NCBI RefSeq assembly: GCF_902459465.1
Contig: NC_047062.1
Location: 14,074,001 to 14,138,000, forward strand
Length of the DNA stretch: 64,000 nt
Origin: Asterias rubens
Taxonomy: Eukaryota
Direction of reading: 5' to 3'
Part shown: piece after piece, positions 31,201-43,200 of the stretch
Position numbering within the stretch: the first letter of the stretch is position 1
How the letters are laid out: each line of letters opens with the position of its first letter
Position numbers and translations under genes: made by a program
Notes under the pieces: generated by a model
Told to the model about the DNA's origin: nothing
Database searches by the model: none
The model's input: only the letters and a program-made list of their open reading frames with translations

Positions 31201-34200
31201 CACATATTGACCTGTTGATTTTTTACCCCCTTAGATTGTCCCATAAAGAGTCAGATTAACGGCTGTATTGATTGCACGTAGTGAAGTTTTGCAGTGTTTT
31301 TGTGATAGCTACAAACATTCATATAGGCAGGTCCACACTAACTAGCCACTGATTAAGTCACAAGTCCTTCGTCACGTTGTTTGTTCGACCTGTCGTTTTC
31401 AGGTTGTGGACTTGGTGTGTTTCAAGGAAAATTTATTTTTCACACTGTTTAAGCCCTGAGGTAAGGGACTCATAATAACTTTATCTATTTCTTGGGGACT
31501 CGATCTATTAGAAATATGTAAAAACTGTATATTTTAGAGCATCCGAGATGGGTTCTTTAAGCATTTTAAATTTTGCTATGCAAACTCTAAGGACCGCTAA
31601 CACACAAACCAAAACAATTTGTGAAGCAGTTTTGCTATTCTGGGATGAAATCAATGCGCAACAAAAGTGTTTACCTTTTGCCTATAAATATTACGACGTG
31701 TCTAATAACTTGAGATCGATGCAAACGCTTCTTCATATAACAATCAAATACACCACTAGCAGTCTGAGGTTTATTTCCTTGCTTTTTGTTAAATTTACTT
31801 CAAGAGCATTACACCAAGAGCAGAGGCACAAGCCATGCTCTGTCATTATCCTTTTGCCTTGAAGATAATGCAGGTTTTATCAACAAGTACGCCAACACTC
31901 ACTCTCACACCCTCCTCAATTTACCCAATACCCACCACTCCAAACCCAATCTTCAGATAAGTTTGCCTGTTTACAACAATAAAGTACCAGCATTAAGAAT
32001 TTCAGTTTAACCATCAAGGCAAAAAAGTTTGAAATCTTGAAAGCACATGGAGCCCCCCCCCCCCCCCCCCCCCCCGTGACTTTTGAAAGCAATTGAGACT
32101 ACTTGCACCAGCAACTTCACCAAAGTTGTAATCAAAATTGACATCACAATTGGAAATCAGAGGGTACTTGATTATTTGCGTCGCAATTTGCTTTCACGTG
32201 AACCGGGATATTAACAGTAATTGTGTGCCACAAAAGAGCTTCCCTGTTGCCTATAAGAAATCAGACTGCGTTTAATAACTTGAGATCGATGCAAACTCCC
32301 CTTCACTATAATGATCAAAACCTTATTAGCAGCCCAAGGTCTGTTTCCTCGCTTTTTGTTCCGAGTTGATTCCAGAGTAGGTCACAAAGAGCAGAAGCAT
32401 ACCTCCTGTTCAGTCATTATCCTTTAGGCTAGCTGATACCGTAGTTTTTATTGACGCAACACTAAATTCTTCAAAACTTTGACTAAAATGGAAATTTCTT
32501 GAACAATACTAAAGAAAAAGTTCTTTAAAATAATGTGGCAAGTGTATGTCTGTTTAGTTTTGGTGTTGGTCAACACGTCAAGTATAGACTCCTGCAACTG
32601 TGCTCCTGGCTGGAAGCAAAATGGTCAATTCTGTTACAAGCTTGTCACCAATCCACAACTAGACAGGTATGCTGCCGACAAATTTTGTATATCTTTAAAC
32701 AGTGTTCTTGCTCAACCTGAGTCTAAGGAAGAAAATGATCACATCCAGAACATGATCCAAGCCCTCCCACAAAGTATTTTCATCGGCCTATTGTTGGAAC
32801 CTAATGTAACTGTACAACACACCATTGATGTCAGTGACACTTTCACATACTTCAACTTTAAGCCATCAGTCCTCACAGCTACTCCTCTAATCAATCGCTG
32901 CACAAGATTCAATGATAAAGGACTGTGGACATTGGGCCGATGTGAAGTTCCTCGCAGCTTCATCTGTAAACAAGAGATCAGGAGAAATCCAAAGCCAGTA
33001 CGCTGTGTGGCTATTGCACCAAATGGAACAGCTGTGCCTTCTGAAACACACCTACATGTACAAGGAGATCAAATTTGAGAGCCAACCTGCCATCCAGTGC
33101 TGCTTTGACTGCCACTACGACTCGAAATGCTACTCGTTTAACATGATTGGATCACAGATGAGTGAGCTCAACAATGCCACTGCATCTCAAGTGCAAGATT
33201 AAGCACACATAAAAAGGTAAGGTGCTGTACTTATAACATAAAAAAGAATGCTCATCGTATGGGGGCAACAACAAAAATAAACAAAACACCAGCAACAAGT
33301 GAAAAAAAATTCTGCACTTATTACTAACATTATGCCTATAACATCCCAAATAAGTTGACAGTTGACTGCAAAAGGTAAAACGCCAGAAGAAAGTATCAAA
33401 TTCATGACATTGACCTAAGAAAATGGTTTACTGGCGAAACACTTGAACTTGATTCAACGAAATAACTGAGAAGAAAGAGATTAAGTTTTAAAGAGAATAG
33501 AGAGAGCTCGTATGATTCAAAGTTAAAGAAGTAACCAAAACAATTAATGAGGTAAGCAATTAACATTTTGTTAATTGTATCCTTTGTCATTTGTTTAATT
33601 TTCAATCATGTAGTTAAAGACACTGGAAACTATTGGTAATTGTCAAAGAGCAGTCTTCTCACTTGGTGTATCTCATCATATGCATAAAATAACAAACCTG
33701 TGAAAATTTAAACTCAATTGGTCGCCGAAGTTGCGAGGTAATAATGAAAGAAAAAACACCCTTGTCACACAAAGTTGTGGGCTTTCAGATGCTTGATTTC
33801 GGGACCTCAAAATGTAATTCTGAGGTCTCAAAATCAAATTCATGGAAAATTATTTCTTTCTTGAAAACTACAGCACTTCAGAGGGAGCCGTTTCTCACAA
33901 TATTTTATACAATCCACAGCTCTCCATTACTCATTACCAAGTAAGGTTTTATGCTAATAATTACTTTGAGCAATAACCAATAGTGTCCTTTGCCGCCAAA
34001 TATATTTTTGGTTTTCAAACCATTCATTTAATCCTGTGTTCATGTAAATGTGTTTATGTAAATATGTTTTTCTTTATATATGTTTAATGATTCATTTGAA
34101 ACATAGTTATATCATGCACAAGGCAAGAGGGTAAAGCCTAAAATAAAAACAGGAAGAAATCCTGCAAGACCCAAATAAAGGACAAGTACTAGAGTGGCAA

Positions 34201-37200
34201 GATGGGTGAGGGGAGATTGCTGACAAATCTTGAGCAGCTATGTCCACTCAAGAAGAACTTATCCTTATTTGGAAACAAACAATCTGAGAAACAATTCATG
34301 CATAAAACTTTTCTCAGTTTGGACATTTTAAAAATTCCTTTCTCTAAAACCACCTTTCTCTGAAGGGAGTTGCTTCTCAAAATGTGATACATAATCACTA
34401 GCTGCAGTGCTTCTTACCAAGTTAGTTTATATTGTCATTTATTTAAAGGCATTGTCTGACTAATGGATTTCTAATCTGTATAATGAACTTCACTGCATGT
34501 AAATACTTAAATCTCAATTACATTTTAGCCACATTCAACAGCGCAAGCGCCAAAATCAGGATGGACAAAAACATTAAATAAATGAAAATTGCACATGAAA
34601 TTATTTGAACAGACAAAACCTGACAAAGATATAAATGGCGAACAGTTCTAACATCAAAGAAGCTAAAACATAAGTTGCACTATGGACCCGACCTCCCCTT
34701 TCAGATAAAAACAGAAGAGAAACAAAGGGATAATTACAAAGGAGAGGGAAAAATCACAAGATTTCATTGATTTTTTTGTTTGAAGGCAGGAAGGGTGAGG
34801 TGGAAAATGTTAATAATAGGATTCAAATGGGTAATTCAGTTGTAATAAGAGGACACTTTATTGCTTGGAACGTAGAAGTTGTTGAACTTGTTGAAATTCT
34901 GAAGTTGAGTAGAAATTGTTGAACTTGTTCTGAAGTTGAAAGCAGCTAGAATAGTAGTTTTACACTTAGTTGTACATGGGAGTATATATAGCAGACTCGA
35001 GCACAATTTCATGACAAATGCTGTCTTCATTTGTTTCCAATCAAAGACAAAAAGTCTTGAGTAGCAATTTATTTCAAATCAAAGAAAAACCTCCTGCGTA
35101 CCAATTTGTTTCCCATCAAAGGAAAAATGTCTTGCCTGCTAATTTGTTTCCAATCAAAGGAAAAAATATCTTTGATAACAATTTACTTCCAATCAATAGT
35201 AACTTATGAGATATTCCCTCAAGGTGTTATGGGCGACTGTTTGAACACCAAACAAATTGCTGTGTGGCAACTAACTTGAGATATCAACTTCTGTAGTAGA
35301 GTTTTAATATTTAAAAACACGTCCCAACCCTACTACTTCAGGCCTAATACTTCACAAAGGCAACAAAGATGATTGCCTCCATGCCCCCCCCCCCCCCATT
35401 GCCTTGAGGCCCTTGAAATGCTCCAGTAGAAATTTACAATTTCCTCACACCAAGGAGAAAATGCCTTGTTGCCCTTGCCCTTTTAAAAACAAAGCATAGA
35501 GGCCTGCATACTTCATTAACTAATAGACGGGCTGTGTGGTGAATGCCCAGGACTACCCCAGCTGCAAACATGCAACATGTCAACTGTATAAACAGATCCC
35601 AAATTCCGACTGCCCTGTCTACTCTTTCAGAGGTTTCTAAGTTGTGGATGGGCATAGCTCCAAAAAGTCATTGGCCAACTTTCAAGAAGAAGAAAATAAA
35701 GAAAGAGAAAAACCCTGGCAATAACAAGTGGTTTTCTTCGCTTGCCTGCACACCTAAAAAACCCAATATCGAAAAACAGTGTTAACAATTTAAGATTGCG
35801 AACTCTCATGTCATTTCTTTCCAATTATATCCCACTATTGCAATTTCTTTCATATCGATGCTGCTCTACGAGTTTCCCTCTAACCAATCAACACCAAGAC
35901 TTTTATCAGAGTAGTTTGAAATTAGGCGAATAAGGGACTCCTCAAACACTTTTTAACCACGCTGAAAAGCTTTTATCGACCAGAAAAAGAGAGCCTAACG
36001 AGCCTGTTTTAAAGTTGTACTTGGGATGCTGCTGACAAATGAGAATACTCACAAGAACAATTTTTTTTCTTTTTTGGGAGAGGGGGGGGGGGGGGGTATA
36101 GGTCATTAAATGGGAGACATGTAAACACAACCAGATATTTCATTGTGTATCATGCACAGTGCATGCACTTGCTGTGCTCCAATAGGAGACTTTCCAACGC
36201 TAGGTGGCAGCAGACATACCGGGTAAATTTCCATTGTTTACGTAGTTCTGAACATGCGCATAATTCTGAGAACAATGGATTTACCCGGTAAGTCTGCTGC
36301 CCTCTATCGTCCCAGAAAGTCTCCCATTGCCAAACACTAAAAGGGAGCAAGGATACTGTAACTCATGCTCCAAGTCTCCCCGGGCCCTTTTAAAGGGATG
36401 TTTGTGTAATCCACAGTTTAAAACTACATCCTCTTGTTGCCGACAGGCTACTGCCACTTTTAACCATTTAAATCGATTAATTATTAGCCATGGTTTTGGT
36501 CTAGGGTTCAGCAAATTCACAAACCAGATTAGTAGGGTTACTCCTACTCAGATTTTCTTGAAAGAGAAAAAAAAGAACTCCTGGTGCATTTTATGCAAAC
36601 ATTTGTTGTTTGTATTTGGCTCACTAATGGTGTCACTGTGATAAAATCTTTTAAAGGAAACAATTATAAGTATACCCCAAAAATATCAAACGGGTGATTA
36701 TTTTTAAAAAACCTTAGCCTTAGTAATCAGGCTTTTTGCATAGTGGCAAATACCGTTGCCTTATTGCAAAGAAGATTGTAATGTTGGTTGGTAACTGTTG
36801 AGGCGTTGAAAATGGCACGAGGGCACTGTTCGTCAAAGGTTCAGGTGCGCGTAACATGACGCGCCAACGAGATCCCAATTTTTTTTTTTTACTTTTGTTA
36901 TAAGCCCAACTGGAGGTTTAAAAAAATGTTTTACTTTTTCTGGGATGACCTTGGCGCACGTTTTTGTGTTTACGGGGAATGTACTATTCGTTTCTTGAGG
37001 GCTTTTTGGCCCAAACTTTGATAACTGGTAACTCCAAAACCGAAAGCGTCAGCAAACTAAATTTTTGGATTTATTCGTTTGGTATGATGGTGTATCACTC
37101 TAATTTTTTGGAAGAAGATCTGCGAACCCATGAATCACACCCCCCCCCCCCCTAATTTGGTACATTCTTACAGGCAGGGACTCTTAAGTATATATTAGTT

Positions 37201-40200
37201 GTGTTTATTTGACTCTGGTTTATTTTGAACTGTGAACTAGGGTTCATTATGAGAAATTGTTTGACAATCAGCTTACATCCACATATTCCACCTTGCTCAA
37301 ATTATGAGCACACTTGCATTTAACTAAAATAGGTACAAAGTGTTACCATTTGTCAGTGAATGATAATGTCTTTACTTGTCGATGTTAATGTGAAAATTGT
37401 GATGAGTGTACTACTGCACTGTAATCTGGTCAAGAATTTGTTTTAATTTGTTTTAAGGAATGTTTTAAAGGAAGCGATGTCTAAAGATCAAGGCAAATTA
37501 TAACAATTTCAGGCCAGTTGCAGTAGTTTGTTGTTAAACGCTATTGATGTTAATATAATGTAGAATATTTTAAGTATACTGCACATTTATTTCATTTCGC
37601 AATGGGCTTGATTGTAAGTTGACGTTCAACTTTCACTATATCAATTTCATTTAGGTTTTGCTACTTTTGCATTTCCCAAAATTTGCTTTTTGTAATTCAT
37701 TTACCTTTTTATAAGTACCTTTAGCCTTTCCTAATTCGTTCAGCTTTTCCCAATTTTTTTCTAATTCATTTAGCTTTGAAAATTTACTTGGCTTTTTCTA
37801 AATTTGCCTTTCCTAATTTTGCATTTTCTCATTTAACTTTTCCTCACTTCATTTAGCCTTCCCTAATTTATTTAAATTTTCCTAATTTTGCTTTCCATTA
37901 ATTATGCTTTCCCTTCATTTACCTGTCCTAATTCAAAGGCTAAAGAACAGTTCTTTTCTCTACATATTAGCTTTTTTCCCCAAGACATTCAGTTGAAACA
38001 AGTAGGAATGGGTTGGTACAAATACCTGCATTTCTTTCTGAGGACCATTTGAACCAGCTTGCCAGATTTTGAGGGAAAAAGAACAAGGTAATTTTTCATG
38101 ATAACATGAACGTCAGTTGGGCAAAATTCTAAGTTGTTTACAAATGACAAGAAATGGAGGTCAAGTCTTATTATCAAGATGTCGATTACATAAAAGAAAA
38201 TTTTACCTTTAAGGGAATTTGGGTGCTTTACCATATATCAGATTCATGTGTGTAAGCAAAAAATGCATATCCCATGAAGAAATGTCTGCTAGTGCATGTA
38301 CACGTTCAGTATGGATTTGCGTTGTTGCATAATGTATGTGCTAAATAAAACCATTGGTTAGGTGATGTGCCTTTTGCATTCTTTTTGGTTAAGTAGTGTT
38401 TTATGAAGAAAAAACTGTCCTTTATAAGAGCTACTCCACAAGCAGAAAGCATCTGCTTACAGGCTTTATGAATAGTGTCATACTTTTTATAGGCCAATCT
38501 TGGTGCAACTTTGAATATTTTGAATATCATCTCTTCTTGCTGGCCCACGGTATTTGTTTTAATCATTCCCTTGAAATTTTACTGTAATGTATTGATGTTA
38601 TCATATTTTATATTATGGAGTTATAAAAGACACAGGAAACTGACCGAGCGAATTTACACAAATAATTTGGGGTGGAACAAAGGAAACTTGAGTAGAGCAG
38701 GATTTGAACTAATGACACCGATTTAACATGACGGCAGTCAATGTTAGCGATCTCCCTACTTTTTCAATACCTTTTTTCAGGGATGCAAGTCAGAAGCCAT
38801 ACATCTACATTTGTTCAACTCCAAATTATTTTGTATATAGTCAGTAATTTCTTTGACTACATGTCGTGACATACAATTTTCTATTGTTATATTTAAAGCC
38901 ATTAGACACTTTCGGAACAGAAAAAAAAGTTCACAGATTTACAAATAACTTAGAGGGTTTACAGAAGGTAATGATGAAAGACTTCTCTTGAAATATTATT
39001 CCATGAAATGCTTTACTTTTTGAGAAAACATTAAAACAATATAAATTCTCGATATCGAGAATTACAGACTTATTTACACACATGTCATGACATGGCGAAA
39101 CGTGCGGAAACAAGGATGGGTTTCCCCCGACTCCGATGACCAATTGAGCCTAATATTTCACAGGTTTGTTATTTTATATATAAGTTGTGATACACGAAGT
39201 GTGGGCCTTGGACAATACTGTTTACCGAAAGTGTCCAATAGCTTTAATGATTGTTTGTAACTACTTGGCACATTAAAAAATTTCCCAAGGATAAACAACA
39301 ATTAAATAAATAAATAAATAGCATTCTGCACGAGTGCTAAAAGTATAAGCTACATATTGTGACATCATACAAGTACTCCTAAACAACGTGTACATACACC
39401 CAAGTCCAAGCCATCGTGAGTGTTCACTCGCATGTACTGTACTAACACATTTCAAAATTACACAACGAGAATGGGATTGCACTGTCTGTGTGTTGAATTG
39501 GTAAATAGATTGAGTTTTGTATTCTATTGTATAGTTGATATGTTGTTCTGGAATGTTTTTGAAATTATATTTTCATTTTTTTTAACTGCGCAATGAGTGT
39601 CAAAACTTGCTAGAAACCGGTACTTAATAACTGTTCATATTATTGTTATCATTATAAATTGTATATTTTAAATGGAATATCAACTCGAATATTACTAAGC
39701 TTTCTACGAACGGGAAATAATTCAAAAAATTATAAACCATAATTGATGACAACCAATAATCAAGGAAGACCATAATTTAAAGTCAGTCCCAACGCCAATT
39801 TTGTTGCGATATAGGAATTAAGAGATGCTAAGCAGAATAGGGTTAACCAGCTGAAATGCTACGAAATGAATCATTAACTGTTTTTGACCGGTTCCCTGTT
39901 TTTGACCGGTTCCCTGTTTTGAGCCATAATCTCACAGGCAATGCACACAGTTGTATTTTTTATGTAGATCTATATTATTTATTTATGTCAACTTAAATTA
40001 CTCCGATCAGCCCCCAGCACTGCTTTCCATGCAAGGCCTCAGAAAAAAAAAATGTATTAGTAAAAAACATGTTAACACCATCAATACTGTTATAAAGGAA
40101 AGACACCATGGTCTTCTGCGATATAGCAAATCTTTACACAGAATTGTAGATTAAAGCCATTAAAACACTTTCGGAACAGAAAACAAACAAAAAGTTCACA

Positions 40201-43200
40201 GATTTACAAATAACTTATAGGGTTTACAGAAGGTAATGGTGAAAGACTTCCCTTGAAATATTATTCCATGAATTGCTTTACTTTTTGAGAAAACATTAAA
40301 ACAATAGCAATTCTCGGTATAGAGAATTACGGATTTATTTTAAAACACATGTCATGAGACGGCAAAACGTGCGGAAACGAGGGTGGGTTTTCCCCTTATT
40401 TTCTCCCGACTCCGATGACCGATTTAGCCTAAATTTTCACAGGTTTGTTATTTTATATATAAGTTGTGCTACACGAAGTGTGGGCCTATTGACAATACTG
40501 TTTACCGAAAGTGTCCAATGGCTTTAAAAGACACAAGATCAAACAAATTGTGACTTACTGTGCTTTTGGGCTGACGTTAGCACGATACAATAAGGACTCC
40601 ACTTCAGTGACGACTACTCCTTTCATGTTGGTATGAATCTCCACTGTTAAAAAGATTGTGCATAAAATTGTCGAGATTGAAAATGTGAATATTCACAGAT
40701 TTGCATAAATTTATATCCATGGCATAAAGATCTTCATGGGAAAAAACTTTCCTTGAATTTTTTTTGCATGAAATGCTTTAACTTTTCAGAAATTAGTAAA
40801 AGAATTAGTTTTTATCTTAGGAATCCAATACCCAATGTTTGAAAACTGATTTTTTTTTTCCCCACCATTTTCTTGTGACCGATTGAGCTTAAATTTGCAC
40901 AGGTTTAGCTCCAAGCCCTTTCGTCTGATTTGCACTGTGCACCCCATAGCAAAGCTGGTGACAAAACCTTCACAGTCACTGCAGCTGGGGAGTTGAACCA
41001 TCTACCCTTTTTCATCCAAACATGTAAATGTTGGGTCACATTAATTGTGGATACTGGTCTTTGACTATACCCAATCTTACACATGTGGTTTACTGGGTGT
41101 AGGAACATACTTGTGCACTGTAACGGGCCCTGAATACGAACAGGTTCGAATATGCACAATACTTGCACGGTCTATTCAGTTCATATTACTCTCAAGTCCC
41201 CTTCACCCAACCCCAAGAAAATAGAAAAGAATCTTTCTCTACTCAAAGTATACTGACCTAAACTTTGCAAGAGGTGGACGGCTCTTGCTGCCACCTTATA
41301 ATCTGGATCACCAATCTTGTTCACAACCAACGTCAGAAGGATCTGTGTCAGAGAAAGGATCAATTTAAGAAAGCAGTTTGTTTACAAAATTAAGCACCTC
41401 TAAAGGTATGTAAGGTAAAGTGTTCCCCCAACTTTTATTTTAGATCGAAAAATATCTTAACAAACTAATGACAGGAACATGTTTTTGATAAAGTGCTANN
41501 NNNNNNNNNNNNNNNNNNNNNNNNNNNNNNNNNNNNNNNNNNNNNNNNNNNNNNNNNNNNNNNNNNNNNNNNNNNNNNNNNNNNNNNNNNNNNNNNNNNN
41601 NNNNNNNNNNNNNNNNNNNNNNNNNNNNNNNNNNNNNNNNNNNNNNNNNNGTGACAGTGTGCCTTTAATACATGGATGGCTTTCGAGTTTTGTATTTTAT
41701 TTTTAATGGTTCCTTAACTTAGGAAGTCAGAATGATTACAAAATAAATCTTTCTCGATGTAAACATTTCATTAGGAATAAAGAATATCATTTTAATTTCA
41801 CCCCAAACCTATACTCAGTGATCCAACCCCCTCCCCCCCCCCCACTGAAAAAATATAGTTCTGCGGAAGAAAACATGTCCAATATAACCAATCAGCTGTT
41901 TGCTAGCTAGATTTGAATGTCTGGTACATACAATGACTTAGTGACAAGTTACCACTAACATTTTCATTCCTCAGACTCTGAAGACACGTGCTATGTCACT
42001 TGATTCAGTGTAAGCTTTTTCGTAAGAGACAGTAATAATACGTGCACAACTTTGAATGATTGAATATGCAACAACTGCACCAGGGTTAACTTTTCTGCCC
42101 CTAAACCATAGCAACTGACTCTTGTAGTCTGAAGAATTCAAACTTAAGCAGCAATTCAGTGTATGTACCAATGTCAGTTATTAAAATCAAATTCATAAAT
42201 ACCTCGGACAGTTTCCCTATTCCTATTGGTGGAGAGCGCGTCACGTGGGTGTGTATAAACCTTTGTTTATGACAGGTAAAAAGTGTTAATTCATGGGCAT
42301 GACATGCGACCTTGCACCTGTACTTAGAAGACAGTTTCTTCATTCCTATTGGTCGAGAGCAACAGCTGAAACAGTTGTGCCACATCACGCAATACGCGCG
42401 ACGCGCACAGCATTCCCTTATACGGAGTTGTTTACCCGAGGGCGGCGGAGGGCTTTACCATTTCATAGCTGGAGGGGTGTTGTGTTGAAAGAAATCATTT
42501 AACAATTATAATTTTTGCATTTATTTTACTTTTTGACCAAAAAGTGATGATGTTTTTGACCGAAAAAGTATCAAGAACCAGGCCTCGTTGGGATTAAACC
42601 ACTAGTTGAAAACCTCTTCACCACACATTGATTCCCTTATTCACAAATGGCTAATTGATTAAGTGTACCTTCTCTTGTTCAGGTTTGTGTATCAGTAGCT
42701 CATGGGCAGTGCTCATTGCTTTCTGTTTTACAGCAGGGATGGTGTCATGGGACAGCCGCTGAAAAAGGCAACAAAGAAAGGCATTAGAGATATATTTTTG
42801 ACACAAAATTAGATATAGAACCCTTGCACAAGACGCAGTGACCTACACGCACCTAACCTGTCGGCTGTTTTGGTAGTTAAAATGTACAAAAGGTGCTTTC
42901 TGTGTTGTGCAAGGGCTCAATGGGGAAAAATTATTAACCACTTGATCTCCACAAGTGTGCAGTTCTTTTAAATATGGACTATATTTGCAGAAATATGGTG
43001 AATAAATTGTCTGATCTTGGAATAAAAATATGCATTTTAGCTATAGGGATTCAAGTATTTAGGGGATAAAAGTGTGTATATGTAGTTTCCTTTTCAAATA
43101 TAGAGTCATCTCTACCACGTTTGTCATAAATAAAGTTTGCACATTGTGAAAGAACAAATACTGATATGAGTGTTTTTATTTATGCCTTTGCCTCTACACA

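Noticed and set aside
36812-36844. Possible orphan first exon (aaaATGGCACGA..CAG|gtgcgc) in a CpG-rich patch of CEBPZ intron 9
   Set aside because: No convincing downstream exons found; could be chance or TE-derived.
37989-38566. Minus-strand ORF fragments that look like decayed coding sequence
   Set aside because: Multiple stops and frameshifts and no motif I can assign; at most an old retroelement remnant.
38894-40526. Two similar 350-bp blocks near the gap suggesting a haplotype duplication artefact
   Set aside because: They are independent MITE-B copies with different flanks; a third copy lies at 47471.
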